DNA from: Rhodospirillales bacterium
GTDB taxonomy: Bacteria; Pseudomonadota; Alphaproteobacteria; Rhodospirillales; JAPHRK01
Assembly (NCBI GenBank): GCA_026196105.1
Contig: JAPHRK010000041.1
Location: forward strand, 11,970-75,969
Reading direction: 5' to 3'
Length of the DNA stretch: 64,000 nucleotides
This document shows positions 18,810 to 27,798 of this stretch, piece by piece. Position 1 is the first letter of the stretch. Each line of letters starts with the position of its first letter. The translations under genes were made by a program, and so were the position numbers. Below the pieces are notes generated by a model. It was not told the DNA's origin. It did no database searches and saw only the letters and a program-made list of their open reading frames with translations.

Positions 18810-19838
18810 ATGGTTCTTACCCTAGATTTAAAAACTTGTAGCCAAGAGATTCATAACTCTATAAAAAATGCAAAAAGTGTTGCTGCACCTACCGGACCAA
18901 AGGTATCTGTTGTATGCACAGTGCGGAATGGCGAAAAATACTTAAGGCGAGCTTTTGATAGCATTAAGAGACTGACTTACGATAACATAGAAGTCATTGT
19001 CCAAGATGCGATGTCAACTGATAGTACGGAAAAAATCGTTAAAGAGTATGGTTTTGAAGATGGTTATGTTTCAGAACCTGATAGAGGCGCTCTTGATGGT
19101 TTCATAAAAGCAGCAAAAAGATGTACTGGAGAATATATCGTTCCCTGTTGGGCCGATGATGAGTTGCTACCTCACGCAATTGGCTGGGGTGTATATATGT
19201 TTAAAGTTTATCCATCATGTAACATTATTTATGGTGATCAAATTATTGCAGGAGATGGTGAGCCAAGATTAAATAAACTCTACCGTTGGAGTCTAGAGGA
19301 TTTCTTTTTACAGCATTTTGTCCCAAATTTTTCTTCAAGTTTTTTTCGTCGAGAATCTCTTGTAAAGCTTGAAGAAGACCTCGAAGTTTTTGATCATGAC
19401 GAATATGAGTTTTGGTTGTGGTTAGGGGCAAGGAATAATATACATTATCAGCCTCAAGCAGTTTCGGTTTTCTATGTTCACCAAGACTCAAATTGGAAAA
19501 AACCAGGGTACGCTATTGCCTTAAAAAGTGGCCGTTTGAGGGCTGTAAAACGGTTTATAGATTTAAATCCTTGCCCAGGAATTTTTACAGCAACGCAGGC
19601 TCAAGGCATTGAAAGCACCTATATCTTCATTATCGGTCATGAAATTATGTGTTCAGATACTGCAGAACAATGCCTTCCAATGATTCAAGAGCTTGAGAAG
19701 GTCTGGGAGGGCGATGTTCGGATTGAGTGGATAATTTCAGCTCTTTTAAAAACGATCGAAGGTGGGTCAACAAAATATTGCCAAGCCATTATCAATTTAA
19801 TGCGTGAAGTAGCTAGAAAGACAGCAATGAAAACCTAA
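18810..19838 (+). CDS. Family 2 glycosyltransferase
   Basis: VSVVCTVRNGEKYLRRAFDSI...YDNIEVIVQDAMSTDST and WADDE (DxD-like). ATG 18810 has GAGGA 8 nt upstream, so I prefer it to the track's TTG at 18795. Confidence 0.7.
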   Translation: MVLTLDLKTCSQEIHNSIKNAKSVAAPTGPKVSVVCTVRNGEKYLRRAFDSIKRLTYDNIEVIVQDAMSTDSTEKIVKEYGFEDGYVSEPDRGALDGFIKAAKRCTGEYIVPCWADDELLPHAIGWGVYMFKVYPSCNIIYGDQIIAGDGEPRLNKLYRWSLEDFFLQHFVPNFSSSFFRRESLVKLEEDLEVFDHDEYEFWLWLGARNNIHYQPQAVSVFYVHQDSNWKKPGYAIALKSGRLRAVKRFIDLNPCPGIFTATQAQGIESTYIFIIGHEIMCSDTAEQCLPMIQELEKVWEGDVRIEWIISALLKTIEGGSTKYCQAIINLMREVARKTAMKT

Positions 19839-19875
19839 AAGTTCTATTTATGGATGATATTGAGCAATTTTTTAA

Positions 19876-20817
19876 ATGACGAATGTTTACGATACCAAAG
19901 GTAAGAAAATCTGGGTGACTGGTCATAATGGGTTGGTTGGTTCGGCTTTGGTGAGATGCTTGCAGGATGAAGACTGCGAAGTTGTATTTGCTGAACGTAA
20001 TGACCTTGACCTACAACGTCAAAATGACGTTGAACAATGGATGGATGACGTTAAACCTGATGTAGTGGTTGTCGCTGCGGCAATAGTTGGTGGTATTCAT
20101 GCCAACGATACTCAACCAGTTGAATTCATTTATAATAATTTGATGATTGAATCCAACGTTATTAATAGTGCTTATAAGGTTGGTGTTGAAAAATTACTCT
20201 TCTTAGGGTCGTCATGCGTTTACCCCAAAATGGCTCCTCAACCAATTAAAGAACAATCGCTTCTAACAGGCTCACCAGAGCCAACGAATGAATGGTATTC
20301 AGTCGCCAAGATTGCGGGCATAAAGCTATGCCAGGCATATCGAAAGCAATATGGACGAGATTTTATTTCAGCCATTCCCACCAATCTTTATGGTCCCAAA
20401 GATAATTTTGATTTGAGTTCAAGCCATGTCGGTGCTGCTCTCATGGTTAAAGCCCATAAAGCTAAGTTGGCAGGGCAATCAGAACTTGAAATTTGGGGAT
20501 CCGGAACCCCTCTGCGCGAGTTGATGTATGTAGATGATGTGGCTAACGGCTTAGTATTTTTATTACAAAATTACTCAGAAGAAATGCCAATCAATATTGG
20601 TTGTGGAGAAGAAATTTCTATCAAAAACTTAGCTAAAGTAATCTCAGGTGTCGTTGGATATGAAGGGGCTTTCGTTTTTGATGCTGCTAAACCTGATGGG
20701 GCCCCACGTAAAGCTTTAGATTCCAGCCGAATACATGACATGGGATGGCGTGCATCCACTTCAATAGAAGCTGGCATGAAAAAAACCTATGAATGGTATC
20801 TACAAAATATTGAATAA
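19876..20817 (+). CDS. fcl: GDP-L-fucose synthase family 3,5-epimerase/4-reductase (Fcl; could act as ColC-type GDP-colitose synthase)
   Basis: Matches Fcl nearly throughout: FIYNNLMIESNVI, LLFLGSSCVYPK, EPTNEWYSVAKIAGIKLC, PTNLYGPKDNF, KPDGAPRKALD. Confidence 0.8.
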   Translation: MTNVYDTKGKKIWVTGHNGLVGSALVRCLQDEDCEVVFAERNDLDLQRQNDVEQWMDDVKPDVVVVAAAIVGGIHANDTQPVEFIYNNLMIESNVINSAYKVGVEKLLFLGSSCVYPKMAPQPIKEQSLLTGSPEPTNEWYSVAKIAGIKLCQAYRKQYGRDFISAIPTNLYGPKDNFDLSSSHVGAALMVKAHKAKLAGQSELEIWGSGTPLRELMYVDDVANGLVFLLQNYSEEMPINIGCGEEISIKNLAKVISGVVGYEGAFVFDAAKPDGAPRKALDSSRIHDMGWRASTSIEAGMKKTYEWYLQNIE

Positions 20818-20909
20818 TGTCGGAATTTATTAAGTATTTTCTGAGTAAGTTAAACTTATTTCTTAACTTATAGGGTTGCAGGAAGAATTCCAGCAAGTGA
20901 AAATATAGA

Positions 20910-21869
20910 ATGAGCCCGACATCAAGTAATTCAGGTCAATACGAGACTCTTTTTGAACAGATGCTGACTATTCGTCTTGTTGAAGAAAAAGTTGCGGTAA
21001 TCTACCATACAGACGCCGTAAAATCTCCGGTTCATCTCTCAATAGGTCAAGAAGCTCCATCTGTTGCAGTCTGTGCGGCCCTTGAGAAGAATGATATGGT
21101 GATTGGTACCTATAGAGGTCATGCCCTTTACCTTGCGCGAGAAGGTGATCTTGATGCAATGGTGGCTGAACTCTACGGTAAGAGCGAAGGCTGTGGGCGC
21201 GGGAAAGCGGGATCAATGCACCTCGGTGATAAATCCATTGGGATGCCTCATACATCGGCAATTGTAGCAACTGGAATGCCAAATGCCATTGGTGTGGCCT
21301 TTGCTCAAAAATTCAAAAAAGAGAATGCAATTACTGCCTGTTTCATCGGAGACGGTGCTGTTGATGAAGGGGCTGTTTCTGAGAGTATGAATTTTGCGGG
21401 TTTGAAAAAACTACCTCTCTTGATCATTGTTGAGAATAATCAATTCGCCATTCATTCACCGATTTCAACTCGCATGCCTCGACCCAATTTTGTTGAGCGG
21501 GCGGCAGCGTTTAATGTGGCAGGCGCTTCGGTTATGGATAACGACTTAGATAGCATGTTGTCTACTTCACAAGCCGCTATAGATCATGTTCGTTCCGGGC
21601 AGGGACCTTTCCTGCTGGAAATAGCAACCTATCGTTGGAAAGAACATGTCGGGCCTGGGGATGATTGGGCTTTGGGTTATCGCACGAAAGAAGATGCCTC
21701 ACCTTGGTTTGAAAATGACCCACTGAAGCTTTGTGGAGAACGTATAGCGGCAGACCGTCGCCTTGCCCTTGAGAGCAAAGTAAAAGAACAAATTACAAGG
21801 GCCTTTGATCGTGCTGAGAAGGGGACTTTCCCCGATCCAGCTGAAATGTGGGATAATGTCTATGCCTGA
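20910..21869 (+). CDS. Thiamine-diphosphate-dependent dehydrogenase E1 alpha subunit (pyruvate/acetoin DH-like)
   Basis: ThDP motif GDGAVDEG...(28 aa)...IVENNQFAI, and YRGH. Confidence 0.8.
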   Translation: MSPTSSNSGQYETLFEQMLTIRLVEEKVAVIYHTDAVKSPVHLSIGQEAPSVAVCAALEKNDMVIGTYRGHALYLAREGDLDAMVAELYGKSEGCGRGKAGSMHLGDKSIGMPHTSAIVATGMPNAIGVAFAQKFKKENAITACFIGDGAVDEGAVSESMNFAGLKKLPLLIIVENNQFAIHSPISTRMPRPNFVERAAAFNVAGASVMDNDLDSMLSTSQAAIDHVRSGQGPFLLEIATYRWKEHVGPGDDWALGYRTKEDASPWFENDPLKLCGERIAADRRLALESKVKEQITRAFDRAEKGTFPDPAEMWDNVYA

Positions 21870-22914
21870 GACCCGTCAATTAAGCTATGGCGAAGCCATT
21901 TATGAAGCGACATTACAAGAGATGGAGCGAGATCCCTCTGTTTTTGTTTATGGGTTAGGTGTTGATGATCCAAAAGGGCATTATGGTACCACTAAAGATT
22001 TCCATGAAAGATTTGGGCCTGATAGGTGCTTTGATACTCCTTTGTCTGAAGATACCATGACAGGCTTGGGAGTTGGTGCAGCTTTAATGGGGATGCGTCC
22101 TATTCACGTGCATCAGCGTATGGATTTCCTGTTACTTTGCATGAATCAATTGATCAATATGGCTGCTAAGTATCATTATGTTTCTGCCGGACAATGGTCC
22201 GTGCCAATGGTTGTGAGGGCCTCTATTGGTCGTAGTTGGGGGCAGGGGCCTCAACACAGTCAAGCTCTACAATCAATGTTTGCTCATGTGCCAGGCCTTA
22301 AAGTTGTTGCCCCTACGACACCTTATGATGCTAAAGGGTGCTTTATTGAAGCTATACGTGACAATAATCCGGTAATTTTCATAGAGCATCGTTTGCTTTA
22401 TGCCAACAAAGGCCATGTACCTGAAGAGTCTTATACAGTTCCCTTTGGGAAGGCGCGTGTGTTGAAAGAAGGGGATGACGTAACACTGGTTGCAACAACC
22501 CACATGGTCGTTGAGGCGTTACGTGCTAGGGAGCAATTGAAAACTATTGGGATTGATGCAGAAGTCATTGATTTAGTGAGCTTATCTCCTATTGACACAG
22601 AAACGGTTTCTAAGAGCGTCAATAAAACGGACGCTCTTGTCGTAGTTGATAATGGTTGGGAAAATTGCGGTATATCTGCTGAGGTCATTGCCAAGGTTGC
22701 CGAGCTAAACCCTACCAATTTTCCAAAATTTGCACGGATGGGCTTTGCGCCGGTTACTTGTCCGACAACCAAGGTTTTAGAAAATGAGTTTTACCCAAAT
22801 AGCACCTCAATTGCTCAAAAGGTGAATCGTCTTTTGAATGAAGATCAAGGAAATTCATGGAACCCGGTGCCTATGAAAGCCACAGAAATTGAAGCGTTTA
22901 AGGGCCCTTTCTAA
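21862..22914 (+). CDS. E1 beta subunit (transketolase-like pyrimidine-binding and C-terminal domains)
   Basis: MPETRQLSYGEAIYEATLQEMERDPSVFVYG is a typical E1-beta N-terminus. ATG 21862 overlaps the alpha-subunit stop (ATGCCTGA). The track's 21805 start lies inside alpha. Confidence 0.8.
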   Translation: MPETRQLSYGEAIYEATLQEMERDPSVFVYGLGVDDPKGHYGTTKDFHERFGPDRCFDTPLSEDTMTGLGVGAALMGMRPIHVHQRMDFLLLCMNQLINMAAKYHYVSAGQWSVPMVVRASIGRSWGQGPQHSQALQSMFAHVPGLKVVAPTTPYDAKGCFIEAIRDNNPVIFIEHRLLYANKGHVPEESYTVPFGKARVLKEGDDVTLVATTHMVVEALRAREQLKTIGIDAEVIDLVSLSPIDTETVSKSVNKTDALVVVDNGWENCGISAEVIAKVAELNPTNFPKFARMGFAPVTCPTTKVLENEFYPNSTSIAQKVNRLLNEDQGNSWNPVPMKATEIEAFKGPF

Positions 22915-22948
22915 GGGGCATCTGGTATAAGTATTTGGAGTTTTATGG

Positions 22949-24943
22949 ATGATCGTCTTAGGGCTTAATTTTGGTCATGATGCAGGCATATCAATAATCA
23001 AAGACGGAGTGATTTTAACGCATATCGTTCGAGAACGTATCAATAGAGCAAAGCATGCGCTTGGCCTTGAAGATAGTAGTTTCCTAACTCAAGTCTTTAA
23101 TGATTGTGCTATTGATCCGGCCTCAGTCGATTATGTTGCTGTAACCTCCACTCAAGGTCATGGCATGATTGGGGCTATTAATGACCTTGAAATTCAATAT
23201 GCTCATAGTACCAATACCTCAATTGAAATTTCTGGTAAACTTAAACTTCTATATTCAAGTGTTGGAGACAAGGCCGTAAATGAAACTGAAGAAGGTGTGC
23301 TTGATCTAATCTATAGCTCTGGGGATACACCAATACAGAAGTATCTCCGTGGAATGTTTCCTGCTTATAAAGCTGTTAAAAGGGATGAGCTTTACGTAGA
23401 ACCCTGTGTGCATAATTTTGGTGCCATTGAAAGCCGTTGTGATAAACCTATTGGTCTAGATGAAATTAATGCAAGTGTTCCTAAAGATGTGATTGGGAAT
23501 GAAGAGCTAAGCCGTTCATTACATTTGCCAATTGTTGCTAGTTTATTTGGCCGAACAGTTCCGGGGTGTTTGATTCAGCACCATGCATGCCATGCGTCAG
23601 TTGCGTACTACTCTAGTAAACAAAAACATGCTGCCATACTCTCTCACGATGGCGGAAGCTATGAAGAAGGAAATAGCCACAAATGTGGTATGTTTTATTA
23701 TGGCAAAGAGCAGAAAATTTATCCCCTTGCACCTCATAACATAACAGTTGGCGTTTTTTATGATTTAGTTGGTGTTCATCTTGGTTTTGATTTTTGGGGA
23801 GCCGGTAAATTAATGGGATTATCCTCATATGGTAAACCTCGGTTCTTTGACCGTAAATTTGTTGGTAATGATCATGACTTGTCTCAGCGTGGTTTAACCC
23901 ATGCAGCCGATAAGTGGATTTCCCATTGTGAAAAACTGGCAAATGAAATGGGATACGAATTTCTTAAGCTTGGTGACCCAAGATTAGTTCTTAATCGATT
24001 TATTGTTGATATTGCTTCAAGTACACAAAAAATATTCGAAGAAACTGTCCTGAAAGCATGTGAGGTCTTATATGACATTACTGTTAAAATTGGAGAAGTA
24101 ACACCTACAGTTTGTTTGAGTGGAGGAACTGCACTGAACTGTCCAACAAACTCTCGGGTGTTTAATGAGAGTAGATTTAAAAACGTATTTGTTCCTCCTG
24201 CATGTGATGATAGTGGTTTGTCGACAGGTGCCGCTTTTTTCCTCTACCATAATTTGCTTGGTTTTCCCTTAGTTGAAGAACAAAAGGAAATCGCCGTATC
24301 GCCGTATTACGGACTGAGAAATAGCTATTCAAAAGAAGCATTAGAAGAAGCCTATGAAGAATATCAAGGCAGGGTATGTGTTGAATATATTACTGATGCC
24401 GCAAAAAGAGCAGTAGAAGATCTTATGGAGAATAAAATTATTGCTTGGTTCGAGGGAGCTAGTGAAGTGGGACCCCGAGCTTTAGGGCATCGGTCCTTGT
24501 TAGCTGACCCACGGCAGGCAAAAAACTGGCGAAGAATGAATAAGGTTAAAGGACGTGAACATTGGCGTCCTTTTGCTCCAATTGTGCTTGAGGAAAAGGC
24601 AGCTTCTTGGTTTCGTGGAACTCCGGTCCCATCTCCATATATGCTTTTCACAGGCGATGTAACAGACCCTCGCATACCTGCAGTTACACACGTTGATGGG
24701 ACAGCTAGAATTCAGACTTTAAATAGTGAAAATGGTAAAATTTATTCTGTCGTTAAGGAGTTTTACAAGAAAACAGATGTTCCGGTTATTTTGAACACAT
24801 CGTTTAATGGTCCAGGTGAGCCAATTGTCGAAACACCTAAAGAAGCTTTCAACTTCCTGGTATCGACAAATTTAGATGTTTTATATATAGAAGGTGTCCG
24901 TATTACACGTAGCAAAGGGGATGGGGAAGCTCTTGGATTATAA
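22949..24943 (+). CDS. NodU/CmcH-family O-carbamoyltransferase
   Basis: N-terminal MIVLGLNFGHDAGISIIKDG, HHACHA, and C-terminal EVGPRALGHRSLLADPR...TSFN. GGAG lies 8 nt upstream of the ATG. Confidence 0.85.
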   Translation: MIVLGLNFGHDAGISIIKDGVILTHIVRERINRAKHALGLEDSSFLTQVFNDCAIDPASVDYVAVTSTQGHGMIGAINDLEIQYAHSTNTSIEISGKLKLLYSSVGDKAVNETEEGVLDLIYSSGDTPIQKYLRGMFPAYKAVKRDELYVEPCVHNFGAIESRCDKPIGLDEINASVPKDVIGNEELSRSLHLPIVASLFGRTVPGCLIQHHACHASVAYYSSKQKHAAILSHDGGSYEEGNSHKCGMFYYGKEQKIYPLAPHNITVGVFYDLVGVHLGFDFWGAGKLMGLSSYGKPRFFDRKFVGNDHDLSQRGLTHAADKWISHCEKLANEMGYEFLKLGDPRLVLNRFIVDIASSTQKIFEETVLKACEVLYDITVKIGEVTPTVCLSGGTALNCPTNSRVFNESRFKNVFVPPACDDSGLSTGAAFFLYHNLLGFPLVEEQKEIAVSPYYGLRNSYSKEALEEAYEEYQGRVCVEYITDAAKRAVEDLMENKIIAWFEGASEVGPRALGHRSLLADPRQAKNWRRMNKVKGREHWRPFAPIVLEEKAASWFRGTPVPSPYMLFTGDVTDPRIPAVTHVDGTARIQTLNSENGKIYSVVKEFYKKTDVPVILNTSFNGPGEPIVETPKEAFNFLVSTNLDVLYIEGVRITRSKGDGEALGL

Positions 24944-26468
24944 TTATGTGGTTTGCAAAAAATTAGAAGAAGTATTTCAAGGTAAGCCTGTAATATTTGT
25001 CGGACATCATGATAATTTAATATCATTGATGAGTATTCATCATAAGGTATTCAACAAACTTGCTCCTTTTTGTGACGACTATTCCCCCCCGGAAATGGGA
25101 CCTATAAAAACCTTTAATTTATTTGAGCTTCCTAAAGAAGCATTCGCGTCCTACTCCTTTGTTATATGCAGTCCTTTTTTTCCAAAATATAGAATGTTTT
25201 TGTTAAAGTTAGGAGTTAAAGATATAAAAAATGCATATTTTCTCCTCAACAATAAACTTGCTCAAATAACAGATTGTTGTGAAAAGGAAACTGATGAAGA
25301 AAGGTTTGCAAAATCAAATTGGTTTCCCTGGTTACTTGAGATGGCATACGGGAAAAATCGCCGTATAGCTGTTGATGAATTAAGATTTGTATTCAAACTT
25401 AAAAGAAATGAACTTACCCAGCTATCTGATACGTATTCTCCAAATGAATTAATGGAATATTTGATGGGAAAAACTCCGTATGGTTTTTTTTCTTCTGAAG
25501 ATACTAACTTTTTTTGGGGGCAGCTTGCTTGGATATTTATGCTTACCGGACAGCTTGGGGACGCTTGGGCTTCTTACGAGTTGTCAAAAGTTGCCATCCG
25601 GCGGAAAGATGGAACAAATTTTTTTCCTCAACCCGTGTGGAGAGGAGAGTCTCTAAATGATAAATCTATTGTCGTTTGGCGCGATGCAGGGCCAGGGGAT
25701 GATATTCTTTATAGTGATCAAATTAATGACCTCAAAAAGTTAGGCGCACAAAAAATATTTTTTGAAGTTGAGGATCGTTTAATACCTTTGATGCAACGGT
25801 CATTTCCTTTTGCTGAAGTTGTTGGAAGAAGTGACCCTTCTGATACAATTTTGGAACAAGCAGATTTTCAAGCCACCTCAACCAGTATTTTTAAAAGAAC
25901 ACGTTTAAAGTTTTCAGATTTCCCAAAAAAACAATACTTGTTTCCAAATGTTGACAGACAAAAGCATAGAAGAGATTGGGTTTTAGAAAAATCGGTAGGT
26001 AAGCCGGCGCTAGGGGTTTGTTGGCGAACATCAGATCGATTAAACCACTCAAACTATATTTTTGATGCTTTGACTTGGGGAAAAATTTTTAAGCTAAGGG
26101 AATTTAGCTTCTTTTGTTTGCAGTATGACGATTGCGAAGAAGAGTTGCTTTCTGTTGAAAAAGAATTCGGTATCAACATACAAAGGTTTCAAGATGTCGA
26201 TATGTACAATGATTTTGATGAGTTATCAGCAATAATAAAATCATTGGATTATGTTGTTTCGATTAATACCGTAATTTCTAATTTAGCAGGTGCATTGCAG
26301 GTGCCGTCAATTTTATTAGAAGCTGATTTTTGCCATACTCACTTAAGTAGTGAAACATCTAGCCCCTGGTATGGGCAACAGGATATGGTTCGGTACCGGC
26401 ATACCAGAACATTGGAAGAAGCAATAGAAAAAGCTTCTCTATTATTGACAAGATATATTAAAGACTAG
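24921..26468 (+). CDS. GT9-like (heptosyltransferase-fold) glycosyltransferase with a ~250-aa N-terminal domain of unknown function
   Basis: The C-terminal half resembles GT9 proteins: VVWRDAGPGDDILY...ALGVCWRTS...FFCLQYD...DFDELSAIIKSLDYVVSINTVISNLAGALQVPSILL. The start is ambiguous (GTG 24894, ATG 24921 or GTG 24948). Confidence 0.5.
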   Translation: MGKLLDYNYVVCKKLEEVFQGKPVIFVGHHDNLISLMSIHHKVFNKLAPFCDDYSPPEMGPIKTFNLFELPKEAFASYSFVICSPFFPKYRMFLLKLGVKDIKNAYFLLNNKLAQITDCCEKETDEERFAKSNWFPWLLEMAYGKNRRIAVDELRFVFKLKRNELTQLSDTYSPNELMEYLMGKTPYGFFSSEDTNFFWGQLAWIFMLTGQLGDAWASYELSKVAIRRKDGTNFFPQPVWRGESLNDKSIVVWRDAGPGDDILYSDQINDLKKLGAQKIFFEVEDRLIPLMQRSFPFAEVVGRSDPSDTILEQADFQATSTSIFKRTRLKFSDFPKKQYLFPNVDRQKHRRDWVLEKSVGKPALGVCWRTSDRLNHSNYIFDALTWGKIFKLREFSFFCLQYDDCEEELLSVEKEFGINIQRFQDVDMYNDFDELSAIIKSLDYVVSINTVISNLAGALQVPSILLEADFCHTHLSSETSSPWYGQQDMVRYRHTRTLEEAIEKASLLLTRYIKD

Positions 26469-26521
26469 TTGTTCAAGTTATCGATCTTTGATTTTTGTTA
26501 TTGTTGAAGTGTGTGTAAAAG

Positions 26522-27796
26522 TTAAAAGTTTTGAGGGTTTAGTGGTGCTCCCAGAGAAATTTGGGAAAGTTTCTTAATTTTACGGGTTAGGATATTTTTC
26601 CGGAACAAAATATTTAAGGGGATATAATAATTTCCAATTAGCCAATTGATGATGATATCAATTTCTTCAGGAGTTTTATAATCCTTTATTGGAGGAAGTT
26701 CTTCTATAGATTGCAAGGATAATGCATCAGCAAAGCCCGTTGTGTGGTTCTCCCCTAAGACGACTAATTTGCGATCAAATAGTTTTGCCCATAAAGCAGC
26801 ATTTGAATAGATAGAAATAATGCCATCGCAAAGTGGTACTAATAAATGAGTTGGAGACCTAGAGATACTATTTACATTTATAAAAATAAAATTTGGATAG
26901 GATTGCTCAAGGTATTTTCTTGTTTCAAGACTAATGTCGTCAATTGAATAAGGGATTGGGGTGACAATGAGTGCTCTTTCAGGCCCGAGTTCTTCGAGAA
27001 TATGACAGACTAAATCTAGTATCGTTGTGGGGATATCTTTTGGCCAATGAGGGCAATTCGGCCATTGAAGTGGGAATAGCCAAAGCTCTTTAAATTGTCT
27101 GCGCCATTCTCCTATATGAGGAGCATAAGGGTTATTTGTCTGTAGTGTGTTGTGGATTTTATCCCTAAACTTGTAATGTTCATTAAGAGGGCGACCAATA
27201 CCTTTAACTTGATCTGCAAATTGTGATAATGCGTTTGGCTGATTTGTCAATTTAGCAAGAGCAGAGTTTTTAACAGTTCCCGAGGGGTCTAAAAAACCTG
27301 AAGCAGGGAATGGCCACGAATTAAAGGGGCCCGTTTCAAAGAAAAGCATTGGAGTTTTGGGAAATGCTTGCTTTAGGAATGGTGCTTCAGAGAAGGAAAT
27401 TATGACGTCCGGGGTAAAATCAGCTACTAACGATTTGGTATAATTAGCCATAATCTCTAGTTGATTTTCTGAGTAATTCCCATTGTACCAAAGCTTCACG
27501 AAATCTTTTGATGAAGGTCCAAAATGTTTACGGATCTCTTTGTTATCTATGATAGATAAGCAAGATTCTGGGGCTTTAATGACGTTTGGTAGTATATCCC
27601 AACATTTTTCTGGTATATCGTTCTTCAGGAATAGTTTCGCAAGGTGGTTTGGAAGAATTATACGAAAATTTGAAATACACTCTTCTTTGTCAGTTGTAAG
27701 GGCTGATATCATTAATGTAGAATAATAGACCCACCATAAACGTATATTGGGTTTTTCCCATTCAATTGTTGGTTCAATATAAAATAATATTTTCAT
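26522..27796 (-). CDS. Hypothetical protein, possibly a GT-B-type glycosyltransferase (KpsS/Capsule_synth-like FPLQ motif)
   Basis: MKILFYIEP start and LWLFPLQW, reminiscent of the PLQ motif of capsule Kdo-transferase-like proteins. Otherwise no motif I can name. Last gene of a four-gene minus-strand operon. Confidence 0.3.
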   Translation of the reverse strand: MKILFYIEPTIEWEKPNIRLWWVYYSTLMISALTTDKEECISNFRIILPNHLAKLFLKNDIPEKCWDILPNVIKAPESCLSIIDNKEIRKHFGPSSKDFVKLWYNGNYSENQLEIMANYTKSLVADFTPDVIISFSEAPFLKQAFPKTPMLFFETGPFNSWPFPASGFLDPSGTVKNSALAKLTNQPNALSQFADQVKGIGRPLNEHYKFRDKIHNTLQTNNPYAPHIGEWRRQFKELWLFPLQWPNCPHWPKDIPTTILDLVCHILEELGPERALIVTPIPYSIDDISLETRKYLEQSYPNFIFINVNSISRSPTHLLVPLCDGIISIYSNAALWAKLFDRKLVVLGENHTTGFADALSLQSIEELPPIKDYKTPEEIDIIINWLIGNYYIPLNILFRKNILTRKIKKLSQISLGAPLNPQNF

Positions 27797-27798
27797 AA

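Noticed and set aside
20910-22914. Reading the E1 alpha/beta genes as a housekeeping pyruvate or acetoin dehydrogenase complex.
   Set aside because: There are no adjacent E2 or E3 genes, and the pair is embedded between sugar-tailoring genes. It is treated as a tailoring enzyme hypothesis instead.
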